Counted from the first letter of the stretch, positions 50,211 through 63,053 are shown. The stretch: 64,000 bases of DNA from Lingula anatina (GCA_051362555.1 CM120647.1:16344651-16408650); one strand, 5' to 3'. Program-made: numbers and translations. Notes: generated by a model not told the origin, from the letters alone.

Positions 50211-53200
50211 ATACACAAAAGGAGACGTGTGTGCTCTTTATGATTTCAGCTTCTGTTCTAGACCCTGGTATTCAAGATTTGTCACTGCGTGAAATAAACA
50301 TGTTAAAGGAATTCATCAAAGGCGATTGAATGGCCACTAGTAAGCAGATTATCCTTTGTATCCGGTAAATGGGCAAAATATTGAAAATGTTTAAAAGTAG
50401 ACACAACTGGTCTATAAACGTACACAGTCTGCTGATTTGCTACTGGTCTAAGACAACTGACTGGTATTTTTAGCGTTGGACTAATAACATACTCAGATCA
50501 AACTAGCGAGATTTTTAGCGATTATTTCAGATAAGGTTTCTGCTATTAATAGATCTCATCTTTAGACCTGATCTTCGAACTTGTCAAATTTGATTCGGAC
50601 TAGTAGTTTTCAGAGGTCAGCTTGAACAACTGACCAGTAACCTTGAAATTTAAAGCCGCGTAATGATAGGAAAGCCTTTCTTGATGATCAAGGCACCTTG
50701 GAAAAGTGACAAAAATTTGCAACGGTTGACAGATTTAAAATGGCGATTGGTCTTCCGGTCGATTCACTTGATAAAGGGCATAAGAGTTTTGGGCTATTTT
50801 CTATATGTTTGACGTTGTGTGGAAAATCCGAACTAAATTAGAAATTTAATTATCCTGCCTCGACCTTCAACACAATCATGACTTTTTTATATATATATAA
50901 TTATTTTTACTTCATTCTAAAAAAAAAACAAAAACTCCATTTGTACCTAGTCCGAAGGAATAGGGCGGAAAGGTGGAGGGGTTTGAAAGAGCCCCCCCCC
51001 CCCCCTTTTCCCAACTTTTTTTCTTTAGCCGGGAAGATCTGCTCTAAATCATAATAAAGGATCCCTGCAATTTCTCAAGTCGAGTCAGCTATATCTAAGA
51101 GGCACAAACGTTCACTTTTTTCAGCAAAAGATCCCCTTTAAACTTCCTGGCTCCAGCCCTGTATCTTGTACATTGTGATACATTTCTGTGGTGTTCCAGT
51201 ATTTGCTCACAATAAAGATCACCACAAAGATGATCAAGTGTATTTTGCAAAATACCCCAAAAAATTAATAGTTTATTTAGCGCTCCATGCGTTTTCCTTC
51301 CGGTACGGTTGTCAAACTTGAAAGAACGACACCCGATATGACAGCGGGTATGTACAAACATGTCCCCGTCGGGTTTCTGACTGGGTGACTTCAGATACCG
51401 GTGCGTTGTCATACGACACGCCGTCTTTTTACGACAGTTTTATGGGAGGTTACACCTTTTCTGAGCGTCGCAGAGAAGTTAAGATTCATGGCGCGTCGCG
51501 CGGTGCACGAGTAACTTTACACTTTCATCTTACATCTTAGGTGGCCTGGGTTTTTTATCGAAAAAAAGGTAAGTGCAAAAGTCGTGCATATAAACAGACA
51601 ATGGCAGGCATGTTAACGTCTATTGGTATTGGAGTTTGGCTATTGCAAAAGAATTTGCAAGGACTGTGTGTATGTCTTTAGCAAAAAAAAAAAAAAAAAA
51701 AAAATCATAATAAACAAGTGAAATATATGCCCTAGATAGTGCACCCTGCCTATTTTAAACCTTGGTTAAATTTAGACTTCGACGATAAACAGATAAAACA
51801 CTGCACTAGTTTTGCCAGTCGTCAGCCCTGCAAAAGGCCACCCGATGAGTTACTAGTGTCCGAAATACGAGCTGGGCTAGCTGATGATGTCATAAAAACG
51901 GAGACCATTTCGCTTTTTAAAATACCATTTTTGTACTGCAGAATACTGCATAAATTGGGCTTTGCAAGCCCGTTCAAATACAAAAGAAGTTCCTTATCGA
52001 AAAATTCTCGAATCATTCTCTAGGTCACTAGTTATACAACATAGTAAAGAGCCAATACACATATATGATCACAAATATTTCTCTGGCTAATTATGTGCAC
52101 ATTTTTGTACTGCACTAAGACTTTGCACAAAAAGGAAGAAGAAGAAAGACGGCATCACCAACATACCTCTAGTAGACAGTAGCAATGGGTTGTTGGCTGT
52201 GGTAACTCTTATTGAAAAAAGAATACATATTTACCCTGACTCACCCCCTGTCTTTAGTTCACCTATATCTGGCGTATATCAATACGTTTTCTCCTCTCCA
52301 GTACTATGACAAATCTGTTCTAGAAACTTAACATAATGCCTTGCTACTAAGGTGTCCCCGTTTTCTTCACGATCTCAAATTTCACTCACTTTCTTTTCAT
52401 TTTCCTTGCAAAATGAAGCTCATTATGACGAGTCACGTCAGAAGTTTTATGAAGTAGACCCCGCTGTGCACCCTGCGTTTCAGACTTTACCCAGTTACAG
52501 CGAGGAATTAGATATGAGATGCCAGTAATCTCAGAAATTCAGGATAGAAAAACAGATGAAGGCAGATATTGGAGAAATTAAACAAGACAATGGCGTTGAA
52601 TTTGACAGACGTAAAGAGATTTACATCTTCAGAGGCATGGAGACGGGAGATGTTTTAGGTTTCCTGTAGACGAGCAAAATCAGGGTTCACAACTGGTTGC
52701 TAACGTGATAATTTCAATTTTTTTTTCAAAAAAAAAGTTTAAAAATCAAAATCTGTCAGAATTGGTGGATAATTTTTCTCTCTTTGATCCAAGTCTCGGT
52801 TTTACACAAAAACTAAGTCAGGCCCCAGTTCCACAAGAAAAATAAATAAATAAATAAAAATAATAATAAATAAGTCAGATTCCCTTGCAAAGAACTTAAT
52901 AATTATTACCAACGTTACATGGTCACATGGGCACATTTTACCCTATCAGGAACAGTGTTACAGCACTCTCTTGGAAATCCTAGTCAACAAAGCCAGGGAA
53001 CTTGTTTTGTGAAAACTGGGACCAGGCATATAAGGGTAGTGCTCATAGGGGTCCACTTCATAAAAATTTCTTCTCACCCCGACAAATGATATTCTATAGC
53101 AGAACATACATGAAACAAAAGTTGAGCCGTAGAAAAAAGCTACCAACGCCCATCTCTTGTTACCTTTAGTAGCAACAAAAAATTCATTGTTATAAAGCAG

Positions 53201-53417
53201 GTGTGGGTTTATATAAAAAAAAAACACCGCCTGTGAATTTGGGGGGATTCGATACACAGATTAACGCGACATGCGATACCTAGCAGAGTTCTGTAGCATA
53301 ATAGAAGAGCGACCCGGGGAGAAATGTTTTAAGCGATCTCTAAATTTTCTCACCAGAAATGTTCAAGTCAAATGTTCATTGTAAAAGGTCACTGTGTGAA
53401 ACTTAACAGTCCCACAT

Positions 53418-53584
53418 CAGGCCCGTAGCCAGGGGGGGTCGGGGGGTTCGAAAGAACCGCCCCTTTTGGTGGGAAAAGGTCCACTCTGGGTAAAATTTGA
53501 TCTAGGTACATGAAGTTTTTATGGGAAAAGGTCCACTTTTTCAGAAAAAGAACCCCCCTTTTGAAATTGCTGGCTACTGGCCTG
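53418..53584. mobile_element. 167-bp non-autonomous TIR element (MITE family B)
   Basis: 15-bp TIRs CAGGCCCGTAGCCAG / CTGGCTACTGGCCTG (14/15 match), flanked by the direct repeat CACAT; internal AAAAGGTCCACT occurs twice; degraded relative at ~50960-51141. Confidence 0.8.
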
Positions 53585-56500
53585 CACATGCGGTGCATGA
53601 AAGCTTTCTAAATTAAGTAACATTAAAGAATGACATAGGCTGCAAAATATTTCAGTTGGTACCGCAAGCAAATAACTTTCAACCGCCGTCTAATAATTTT
53701 CCCAACAAAAATTTTGGGATCAAAATTCAGATTAATGTTGCAAGTCTTTCGGTACGGTATTACTGTGAAGATTAGTTACACAAAATAACACGATACACGA
53801 TACCGTACTACACGTAATAAAATGCAGTGAAGAATGAAAAAACCTTTAGCTCGTCTACTAGCTCTGACCAAAAGGGAAAGAAAAGAATACTTAAATATTC
53901 AGTTCAATTCACTAATTCAATTCACCTTATTGAAAATAAAGAGAAATAACAAGGATAACACGTTTTTTTTTACCAAAAGAATTGACAATACGAGAATGCG
54001 TTATTCTTCCGCATGTATTTTAACACATTATTACAGATTATTTACTTATTTATTTAATATTAAGATATTTACTATCGGTCTCCAAACACTTGCTATAATC
54101 AAAATACACTACAAAGGACTTGCGTTAAGACACACTACGTGCCGACGTGTCGCAGCCCCCCCCCTTTCTCTCGCCCCCACCTCAAAAAAGGGCTGTTTGT
54201 GCTGACATATACATGTAGATCCATGAAAAGTCTTTAACCGCCATCTGTCAACTCCAGATTCAGATAAAGATTATAATGAAGATAAATCGCTTTAGATTTT
54301 ATATAACAAGTCAGCCGATAATTTCAAAGTATTTGTAAAAGAAAAGAGAGGGACGCTGCAAAAGATGAAGCCTGGAGCGAAACTGTATACTCGTCCCTTT
54401 TCTTCTCTGAACAAAATACAGTTTGCCAGGCGGGGAGATGACTATATTGCACTGAAGATGTCCCTGGGCACCGATGGATATATTTCAGGATCAGACTTCA
54501 CTCAATTTTGTATACTGATGTTTTGCAACACAGAACAAAAGCAACATGAAATTACGGTAGCCAATTCTGGTCAAAAATAAAAGCTGCTTTTATGGAAAGT
54601 CCAACGGGCTGATTTTCACGCGATTGCTTTAATGTGCTTAACACGTATATATCGAGTTTGAAAATTTTTCTGACGAACAGCAAATAAAATGCTAAAAAGT
54701 AACCCGTTTCTAATTATTTCACCGCATAATACACAAAATATTTCATAATTAATCTCAATATAACCGGGACCTGAGCGCGTTGATTTCACAGATAGCCAAA
54801 GCTTTTTTTACTTCATCTGCAATTTGTTTCAATGGTCACAGAGGCTCTAGTCTTGGGCGGTAAGAAGATCTTTAGCTAAAAAGGGGGGGGGGGGGGGAGG
54901 GGGGGCTCAGTCAGTTGTGACGATGTATTCATCGTTTTCCAAACCCTTCCCCCATTTATGCGCCGTGAAAGAAAACTCAAACACACGTGTGTAATGTGTT
55001 TTCATATTACGTGATACAACGCGTTTTGTTATTGTTGCGTGTCACAAGGTGCACTCTAGGGCCTACGTATTCACAAAAGAACTTTAGACCGAACATGTGT
55101 CTTAACTTGAAAACCAAAATATTTAGCCTACTTCGACCCAAAACAGATCAATACTCGTCCTCTTACACGAAATATTGCGACCTTTCCCATAGAAACGAAC
55201 CAGTTGATGTTTATGGCCCTATCGCCTCCTTCAACAATTAAAAAAAAAAACAGTGGAAATGCCACAAAAATGTCTCTAAAATGTTGAATTGGGATCTCTT
55301 TGCCACCTACAATACTCATTTCCACGGCCGACCTCAAAAACTCCAACGCCACTCGTCGCAGCGAGCCAGTCCCGAAAAGCCCAAAAATTACGCACATTCC
55401 TTTCTGCACTTGGATAAAAGGAGCGGTAATAGATATTATTGAATAACGATTCGTGTAATTAGTTTCCTATATCCCCCATACAGTGTTGGCGAACATCGAT
55501 ATTGGAGAGTGATATTTCATACAGTGGCGTATATGAGAGGGTTTAGTGTCTTGTGTGTGTGTCTACGGAGGAACCCGGGTTAGTGGCATTGATAACTTTC
55601 GCAAGCAATTAACGAAAAAATGCACCTGTTTTGAAGGACATTCGGCATCGTCGACCATACCAGAGTTCATATATATATATATATTTATTTAACTGCTCCA
55701 CCACCATCAAAACTTGCCTCTCTCTCTCTCTCTCTCTGCAACCCAAAAAAACTGAAACATCTGCACTGTTTGTTTGCAAATTAAATATTAATGCAATTTT
55801 CCATGCCTAAATATTTCGTAAATGCTATTATTCAACGTCATTCATTGTTATCCACGCAATTACATCATTTCTTTTAATAGAAGGACCTTATAATAAATAT
55901 GACAATCACCGGTCAAATTTCGAACATCAGACTTGTATTTGTCCATTATTGTTAATTTTCAGTGAGTGAACGAGGAGACATGTTCAGATGAGTTATTTAA
56001 TGGTTTAAGATAGATTTTCACATTTTATGACGTGCGCCAGATTGACGAGGAAGTGTTACAGACGAGAGTTACATACATGCAAAACTGAGGCAAAAGAAAT
56101 CCACTTCTTAAGACTATAATGGAATCCCAAGTTACGTGTTCCTTCCTTAACGGCACTAAACTTTTTTTGCAGTCTGCTTGAGATTTTGCTCCTTTTCATT
56201 GCCAACTTGTTGGCTTAAAATTCTTTACGGGTAAATCTTTTATTTCTATAAATGTGTTTGAGACCTCCCCCCCCCCCCCCCTCAGCAATACCTACTATTT
56301 TTGACAGATTTTACTCAAACGATGTTGAATAATTCGAAAACTTGAATTCATTTACATAAAATACACGTAACTTTATTTACAACATTTCATTAATTAATGA
56401 AGAAACTTTTTAAAAAAATTAACAAGCAGGACCGTATCCCGAGGGTGGTGTTGTTAGCATACATTACTATTGTCAAACATACGGAATACCCCCACAATAC

Positions 56501-56859
56501 CAGCACATTTTTTCTTAAATTGTTTATGAAAGTGTCACATATCATTACACCGCCCGGAGCAAGCCACCCCCTTGAAACCTTTTCTCAAACCTCAGGAACA
56601 AGGCACCCTCAAATTACCCTCGTTGTTCAGAAATATGTGTGCACAAGTCTGGTTCCAACAAAAAGGTTCAACGGTCTTCATACAGCTTAATACAACGTGG
56701 TGTGGAATATGAAAGTAAATTATCGAATTACGGAGTGGTTTTTACCCTTGTCTCGACCTTCTATGCCTATGATATTACATTATGTTATAACACGCTAATG
56801 TTGAATAATGTGTTTTGCCTTCAAGCTGGCATTTGTGGTAAAAAGGTGAAACAGAGGTG

Positions 56860-57150
56860 ACCTGTGTTTCAGAAAACACTGGAAACCCACATCTCTAATA
56901 TCAGTATTCTTATGTAGTTTACAGTAGCACCCTGTGTTTAAAAGGTAGCCAGGAAAACACCTCTCTAATATCAGTATTCCTATGCAGTTTCCAGTTACAC
57001 CATGACTTTAAGAGATCGCCGGGAAAAAACTCTGTAATATCAGTATTCCTGTGCAGTTTCCAGTAGCACCCTAAGTTTAAGAGGTAGCTGGGAAAACACG
57101 TCTCCAATATCAGTATTCCCATGCAGTTTCCAGTAACCCTGAGTTTAAGT
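56860..57150. repeat. Tandem repeat, ~70-bp unit, ~4 copies
   Basis: TCAGTATTC at 56901, 56971, 57040 and 57110, with homologous intervening sequence. Confidence 0.9.
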
Positions 57151-57632
57151 TTCACTCTATATGTACTGGCATATTGCACTATATAATATTTCAACATAGA
57201 TACTACTGTATGCTGTTATATCATGATTAAATATGATTAATAGCACATGGTGATATATGAAGACTAATGAAGCATAAAACAACTCCTTTCTCGTTAGACT
57301 ACTACATGTTTTTATGGTTAAACATACTTGCATATTTTTATTTGGCAATATATTCTGCTGTTAAATAGCGTATTTTCCTTAACCACCGATAGCAATATGA
57401 AGTACTGAACATTTAAACAGTATTTTCTCTTAATATTTTTTAGTATATATTGCTTGTGAGTGGCATTTTAACCATCTTAGTTTTACGTTTATTGAATCAA
57501 AAGTAGGTTACGATGCAGAAACATTTGAGGCATTCTGAATATAAAATGACCGCAGAAATATACACTGTCAAATGCTTTGGATTATGTTGATATGCCCGTA
57601 AAAATTATCACACTGTACATGCCATGTCAATC

Positions 57633-57663
<31 letters not shown>

Positions 57664-57915
57664 CACCAATGAAAACGATCTCAAAAGCCTGTTGTGCAGA
57701 AAACCATGACATAATTACTGACAGCTGAGAACGCAAATACACACAACGTAGAACACCAGCACTACTAAAAATTAAGCCAAAATTCTCACAGCCAAACAAC
57801 GCTTTCTACCAAATTAAAATGTCGCATTTTGGGAGCTATACCACACGTTCAACGGACGACGCATGTCGCCTAGAATTTGCCCCCGTTTAAACATAGCCAG
57901 CATTGTCAGTCTTAC

Positions 57916-58135
57916 CTGTCAACGCTATGTGCTACCCATCTGTTAGTCACTTCGGTAAAAAACATGACCTCGGAAAGCTTCCATTCCCCACCTTGTCGGA
58001 TCTTGAAACCTCTTGGTGATAAACCTTCATTTACTTCGACTTCTTCTCATAAATCCATCTGCTGTTTTCGTATTCCTTACGTGGAAGTCGTCGATGTCGT
58101 CCTTGGCGTTGATGCTCTCGCAGTGCTGACAGCTG
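57916..58135 (-). other. Candidate distal non-coding first exon (probably of the FAM167 gene)
   Basis: Minus-strand donor CAG|GTAAGA at 57915; CpG-rich exon-like sequence; TATA-like element ~30 nt upstream. Confidence 0.45.
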
Positions 58136-58156
58136 CAACTGCTGCTTAGCGTCGTT

Positions 58157-58166
58157 TTCTATATAG
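58157..58166 (-). promoter_or_regulatory. TATA-like box of a minus-strand promoter
   Basis: CTATATAGAA on the minus strand ~25-30 nt before CAGTT/TCAGCA initiator-like words; ATTGG/CCAAT at ~58190. Confidence 0.4.
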
Positions 58167-58423
58167 CATGTCGCATTAACATGAACTTGCCAATCGGTGC
58201 GTTTATCCGCCGGATCAATAGATTTGCTGTGTTGCGTTTGTTAGGGGCAGTGTTACATGAAAAGGCAGGGGATCATTGCGGTTGACACATCCGCGGAGTG
58301 CTATCACAGGTAATCAATGTATACCTATATGCTAACTGAAGCGTGCAGGGGCATTACGGAGAACGAAAAATGGACCTATTTTGTTGGTGATGGGGGGTAT
58401 TACCGTGCACGCACGCACGCACA

Positions 58424-58477
<54 letters not shown>

Positions 58478-60400
58478 ATTAACATAAAATGTGTTGGAAT
58501 GATTTTGACTTTTTCGAGACCAGAAAAGCATTATGATCCACGAAAATATATAACCAGACATTTTACTCAGAATATGGAGACGTGAAACATCAAAACTCAT
58601 TTTTACTTTCTTTCTTCTTCATATCTTGAATCTACAATAGGCCTATACCTTTCACGCACGTAGTCCATGTCTACACTTGATCTCATTTCTGTTTGTGATA
58701 GTTCATCTTTGTATTATATCTGTAATTCCATTCCATATAACCTACCTCACCACTCAACATGATACCAACAATGTACACATGACATTACAACTCTAAGAAA
58801 TACAATCTTAAACAATTACTCAAAAATCCAATCCTCGCCTACCTTCGACCAGTAGCTTTCCTGCGATGAAACCATTCCACTGGACCAATTCTAATAGATT
58901 TGCGAAAAAAAAACTGACTCAGATGGAAATTTACAAAGAATATATCACTTTACCATATCTCGACCCGATGACTCTTTGTTACTCGCTGGTGACAGAAAAT
59001 CTCGTGCTATATTTAACGACTTTATGTACTCGTATGACAATGGACTGTTTACAAAGCATCGAATGACTGTGTACCGGCCCCCATTGCTATAGTTGGGAAT
59101 GTTGGACGCATTTTCTTTCTCATCGGTGAGAGGACGCAAAAGTCGTGCTGTGTCAACAAGCATTGTTTGTATGGTCGAGACTTGAGGACAATGCCACCTT
59201 TGTGGGAGGAACAACAATTATGTGCAGAAAAATAATCTAAGGTCAGTATTATTAATAAAGTCGAGAGGTGAAAATGAAGACGAACACACGCTTTCATCCA
59301 TACTTCCGACAGTCGCTTTGGCGGGCCATTATTCAAACCTCAATGTCAAATTTAAGCTGGGTAGAAATGAAAAGTTTGTATGAAAGGTGGTAAACGCAAT
59401 CCGCAATGCAAATATTAAAAACTGCTAATTATAGTACATTTTGAGGTACGCACCATTTCATGTGTAAAGACGAGAATAACAACATAAAGAAAGAACAAGG
59501 AAAAAATGCCCCTAGTGCTCTTGCGTTTTTACAATTTTACAATAAAGTTTTATCTCTCTAAAAACATACATTTTACAAATTGTTTTGTGATCTTTTGTTT
59601 TTTCTTGATCATTTATGCTCGCATGCCTGACTTGAGTACATTTAAGTCGGTAAAAAACTCATGAAATGTACTCATGGCCCGACGTATAGATCGCGTTCAA
59701 TTGAGACATAAATGGTCACAGGCCTTTCATGACGTCAAAATAATTGGACAAGCACCAGCCCAGCGGTAGAACACCTTTCTATAGCAGCATTCCACCCGCA
59801 CTTCGACTTTCTCGCACACACTTTCCCGCGGCTTAATTTCTGGCGGTGCAAGTGGAAGCTACGACAAATGAAGAAAGCACCTTGCACTGGTTTTCTCATG
59901 CACCCTGTCAACTCCGTTAGTCTCCGGATGCAATCGGTCGTGTTCGAGGTCACGGAATGTCCCGACCTTCTTCCCACCCGAACTCGCTAATCGCCACCCA
60001 ACCAAAACAACGTCATTGTGAGCTGTTGATACAGCAGTGAAATCAGGCGTGCCCTCAAAGTTATCGCAAAATCAAGAAGCAATATTCAGCTCTTTTTCCA
60101 AAAGTCTAGACGATTACGCTGTTTGGTGTCTACGATTATGCCACATTTTAAATTTAATAGTCTTTTCTGTCTGTAACAAATCTTCCTGTCTCACTTTCTG
60201 TAACTTTGGTGTTCAGTATTTTTCTCCAAAATGATTGTTTTATTCACGTTTTCTTTACTGTTAGTGTTTCAAAGGTTTTCTTTAAAAATAATCCTAGGTG
60301 TACCGTAAAATGTCAATTCTAATCCATGGAATAAAAGGATGGAATGACAGTGTTCTTAAAATGACAACGTAAAGAAGGGGCATAGAGAGAACGAAAGAGA

Positions 60401-60445
<45 letters not shown>

Positions 60446-61482
60446 GAAAGAAAGAGTAAAAAAGAAAGAAAAAAAGAACAGAACTGCACATATGAACACT
60501 TACTCTTATTAGATATATGTCGTATAAAGATACATAATTCAAACAGACCAACTGCGGATGTGAGCAGCCCACGTGTGTGTGTGTGTGTGTGGGAGGGAAG
60601 ATGGGAGGCGTAGAGTTTATGGAGGTAGGATAAAAGTTCAAACTAAATGAATGCTACCTTCGTTACAGGCATTGTTACAGCTAGCGTATACCACTAATGT
60701 AGGAGAAAAATTGCCATTATATAGAGAAATCCAAGAGGTTCGTTAGTACATCCGCATATCCAGAGGAAGATAACATTTTTGAGCACGTTTTAAAACTTTA
60801 CGTCAATAAAAAACTGCTTTTGTCTTCATTTTAATAGGCGGAAAATGGGGTGATTTCATACGCTCTAAGCTGTGCGTATAAGCGATGTCACATAGGATAC
60901 TCATGCAAACCTCTCTAGGCTAGACAGAGCCTTCTGCTTTCCATTTGCTTACGGCTCGGCGACTCCTGCCAATATTTACCCTTGGAAACAGCACTGACCA
61001 AGTGGTGGGAGACATTATACATCTCAGTGACCAAGCGCGGTCAACTGGACGCATTGATAAGGTTCTACTACTCTCTGTTCACAGTATGCTGTTGCAAAAT
61101 TATTGTATCGTACATATTTGATTTTGCATACTATTTTAGAAGCCCTAGATATCACAGGGTAAAGGTCCACTACTGTAGGCTAGGCTTGGGTAAACAGCAG
61201 GCTACCTCTAACGTGCCACTGGGGTGCCCTCTACCAGGGCGACAGATTGATTTTCCACAGATGTTCACAGATATGTCTATAGATAAATGTTTTTCCCTCT
61301 CTTCTTAGGGTCTCGCAAAAACTAAAACACGCCTGTTGTGAACCGCCTTTGATCCCATTGTACTCTTAGTATAAAACAAACTTCGAGCTCTGTGTCGGAT
61401 TCTCAAACACGCATGGCTTCCTGTACATCATGAATTTTACCGTTCATGATAAACCATGATAAACTGGTAAGTACGGAGGGTG

Positions 61483-61596
61483 GGCGGGTCTGTCACGGCG
61501 CAGTCGGTAGCGTGCTTGGATGCAAATCAGGTACCCAAAGCGCCATCAACCATGGCAACACAAAGTCACGAGTTCGAATCCCGGATGAGGCACGTC
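61483..61596 (+). ncRNA. Pol III A/B-box element type 1 (tRNA-related ncRNA or SINE head), copy 1
   Basis: A box CGGCGCAGTCGG (61496-61507) and B box GAGTTCGAATC (61570-61580), with an extra internal hairpin GCCAT-CAACC-ATGGC. Confidence 0.6.
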
Positions 61597-62768
61597 ACTC
61601 CATTACGACAACGACCGAGCCCCTGAATCGGGACCCGGAAGTCACGAGAACCAATCAGGGCTCTCGTGGGTCCTAGCAAATTACCTTTTGCATTAAAATA
61701 CGGTTTACTTTAGAAATTTAACATTAAATGATCGATTTAAAACGATCGTATTGCTGGTTATTAGAATAAAGTCTGAGTCGTCAATAGTATTCCCTTTCTC
61801 TTCAGTTAAAAGTTCTTAGATTTGTGCTACAGCTCTTGTACTTAAATTGAGCTATAGCTAACGCTGTATGTTCTGCATTTCATCAAAATGTGCCATCTTC
61901 TCGGTGGGATTATCAAAGATAAAATTTTTATTTTTTTACAAAAGCCTCTATTGCTTTTACCGAGCACACATTTTGTCTTTTCATGCCCCTCCTTTCCTTT
62001 CTTGCACCCTTGCTTCTCAAGACTGTTCATATGCTCGTACAGTACCCGGGGCAAGTCAGCAGTCGACATTTGAAAGAGTAAAGACTAATCAATACTAAAA
62101 CCCGCCCAGGTGTGAACAGCTGTGGACCTCGTCGCACTGTGTATCGTCAATGGTGAAAGCAAACGTTATCTCAGTGCAAAAGAAATGAAAATTAAAAAGT
62201 CTCTGAAGTCATTTAGCTAGGAACGTTCCGAGCAGGCCTATCAATGAAAGCCAACGAACTTGAATTGATTCAGTAGCTTTTCCGGTATAACAGCACGTCA
62301 TACCACCTGTTCACCGTGTTCAGCAGAAAAAAGATATCTTCTCGGTGGAATTATTTGCAAAATATGTTTTATTCAAAATTTCCGTCGCTGCAATTGCTTA
62401 TATGTAAAATGCACTAGTTATTACACATTTGAATGTTTTTTCCCTCTCTTCTTAGGGTCTCGCAAAAACTAAAACACGCCTGTTGTGAACCGCCTTTGAT
62501 CCCATTGTACTCTTTAATATAATGGGTAGAGCCAAAATTAATCTTAGTATAAAACAAACTCCGAGCTCTGTACGTGTCGGATTCTCAAAAACACATGGCT
62601 TCCTGTACATCATGAATTTTACAGTTCATGATAAACCATGGTCGGGGACTGGGGTTGCGTGGGATGAAATGCGGCACCTGGATTATCGATTGGGATAGCA
62701 GATACACACATGTTCATCCAACCTGGCCCTCTCCGTGGCAAGGTTGAAAGTTTCCATCCGATCATTAC

Positions 62769-62874
62769 TGATCAACGAAGCTTCCGTGGCTCCGTGGTAA
62801 CTTTGCTGTCTTGCAAACAGTCAGTCACTGGTACGCTGGTTCGAGACCTAGCAAGTATAGTATCATACTTTTTT
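62769..62874 (+). ncRNA. Pol III A/B-box element type 2 (vault-RNA-like or tRNA-Thr-derived)
   Basis: A box TGGCTCCGTGG (62787-62797), B box GGTTCGAGACC (62838-62848) and T6 terminator (62869-62874). Confidence 0.55.
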
Positions 62875-62939
62875 CCAGAATTAAATTTTAAAAATTCCGT
62901 GTGGATACTATAAGAGAAAACTGGTAAATACGGAGGTTG

Positions 62940-63053
62940 GGCGGGTCTGTCACGGCGCAGTCGGTAGCGTGCTTGGATGCAAATCAGGTACCCAAAGCGC
63001 CATCAACCATGGCAACGCAAAGTCATGAGTTCGAATCCCGGATGAGGCACGTC
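62940..63053 (+). ncRNA. Pol III A/B-box element type 1, copy 2
   Basis: Near-identical to 61483-61596; TATAAG at 62909, ~31 nt upstream. Confidence 0.6.

Noticed and set aside
51841-51870. Hammerhead-like CCGATGAG...CGAAA
   Set aside because: The core is mutated (CCGA instead of CTGA) and stem II cannot pair; CTGATGAG at ~42237 likewise lacks the stems
56860-57150. CRISPR-like periodicity
   Set aside because: The sequences between the conserved cores are homologous to each other rather than unique spacers; the context is eukaryotic and there are no cas genes
59735-59977. GC-richer 80-aa Cys/Arg ORF, possible transposon remnant
   Set aside because: GTG start, no recognisable domain and no splice support
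61483-63053. Functional tRNA-Cys(GCA) or tRNA-Ala(TGC) genes
   Set aside because: Acceptor, D and T stems are broken or extended and the spacing is non-canonical; kept only as tRNA-related ncRNA candidates
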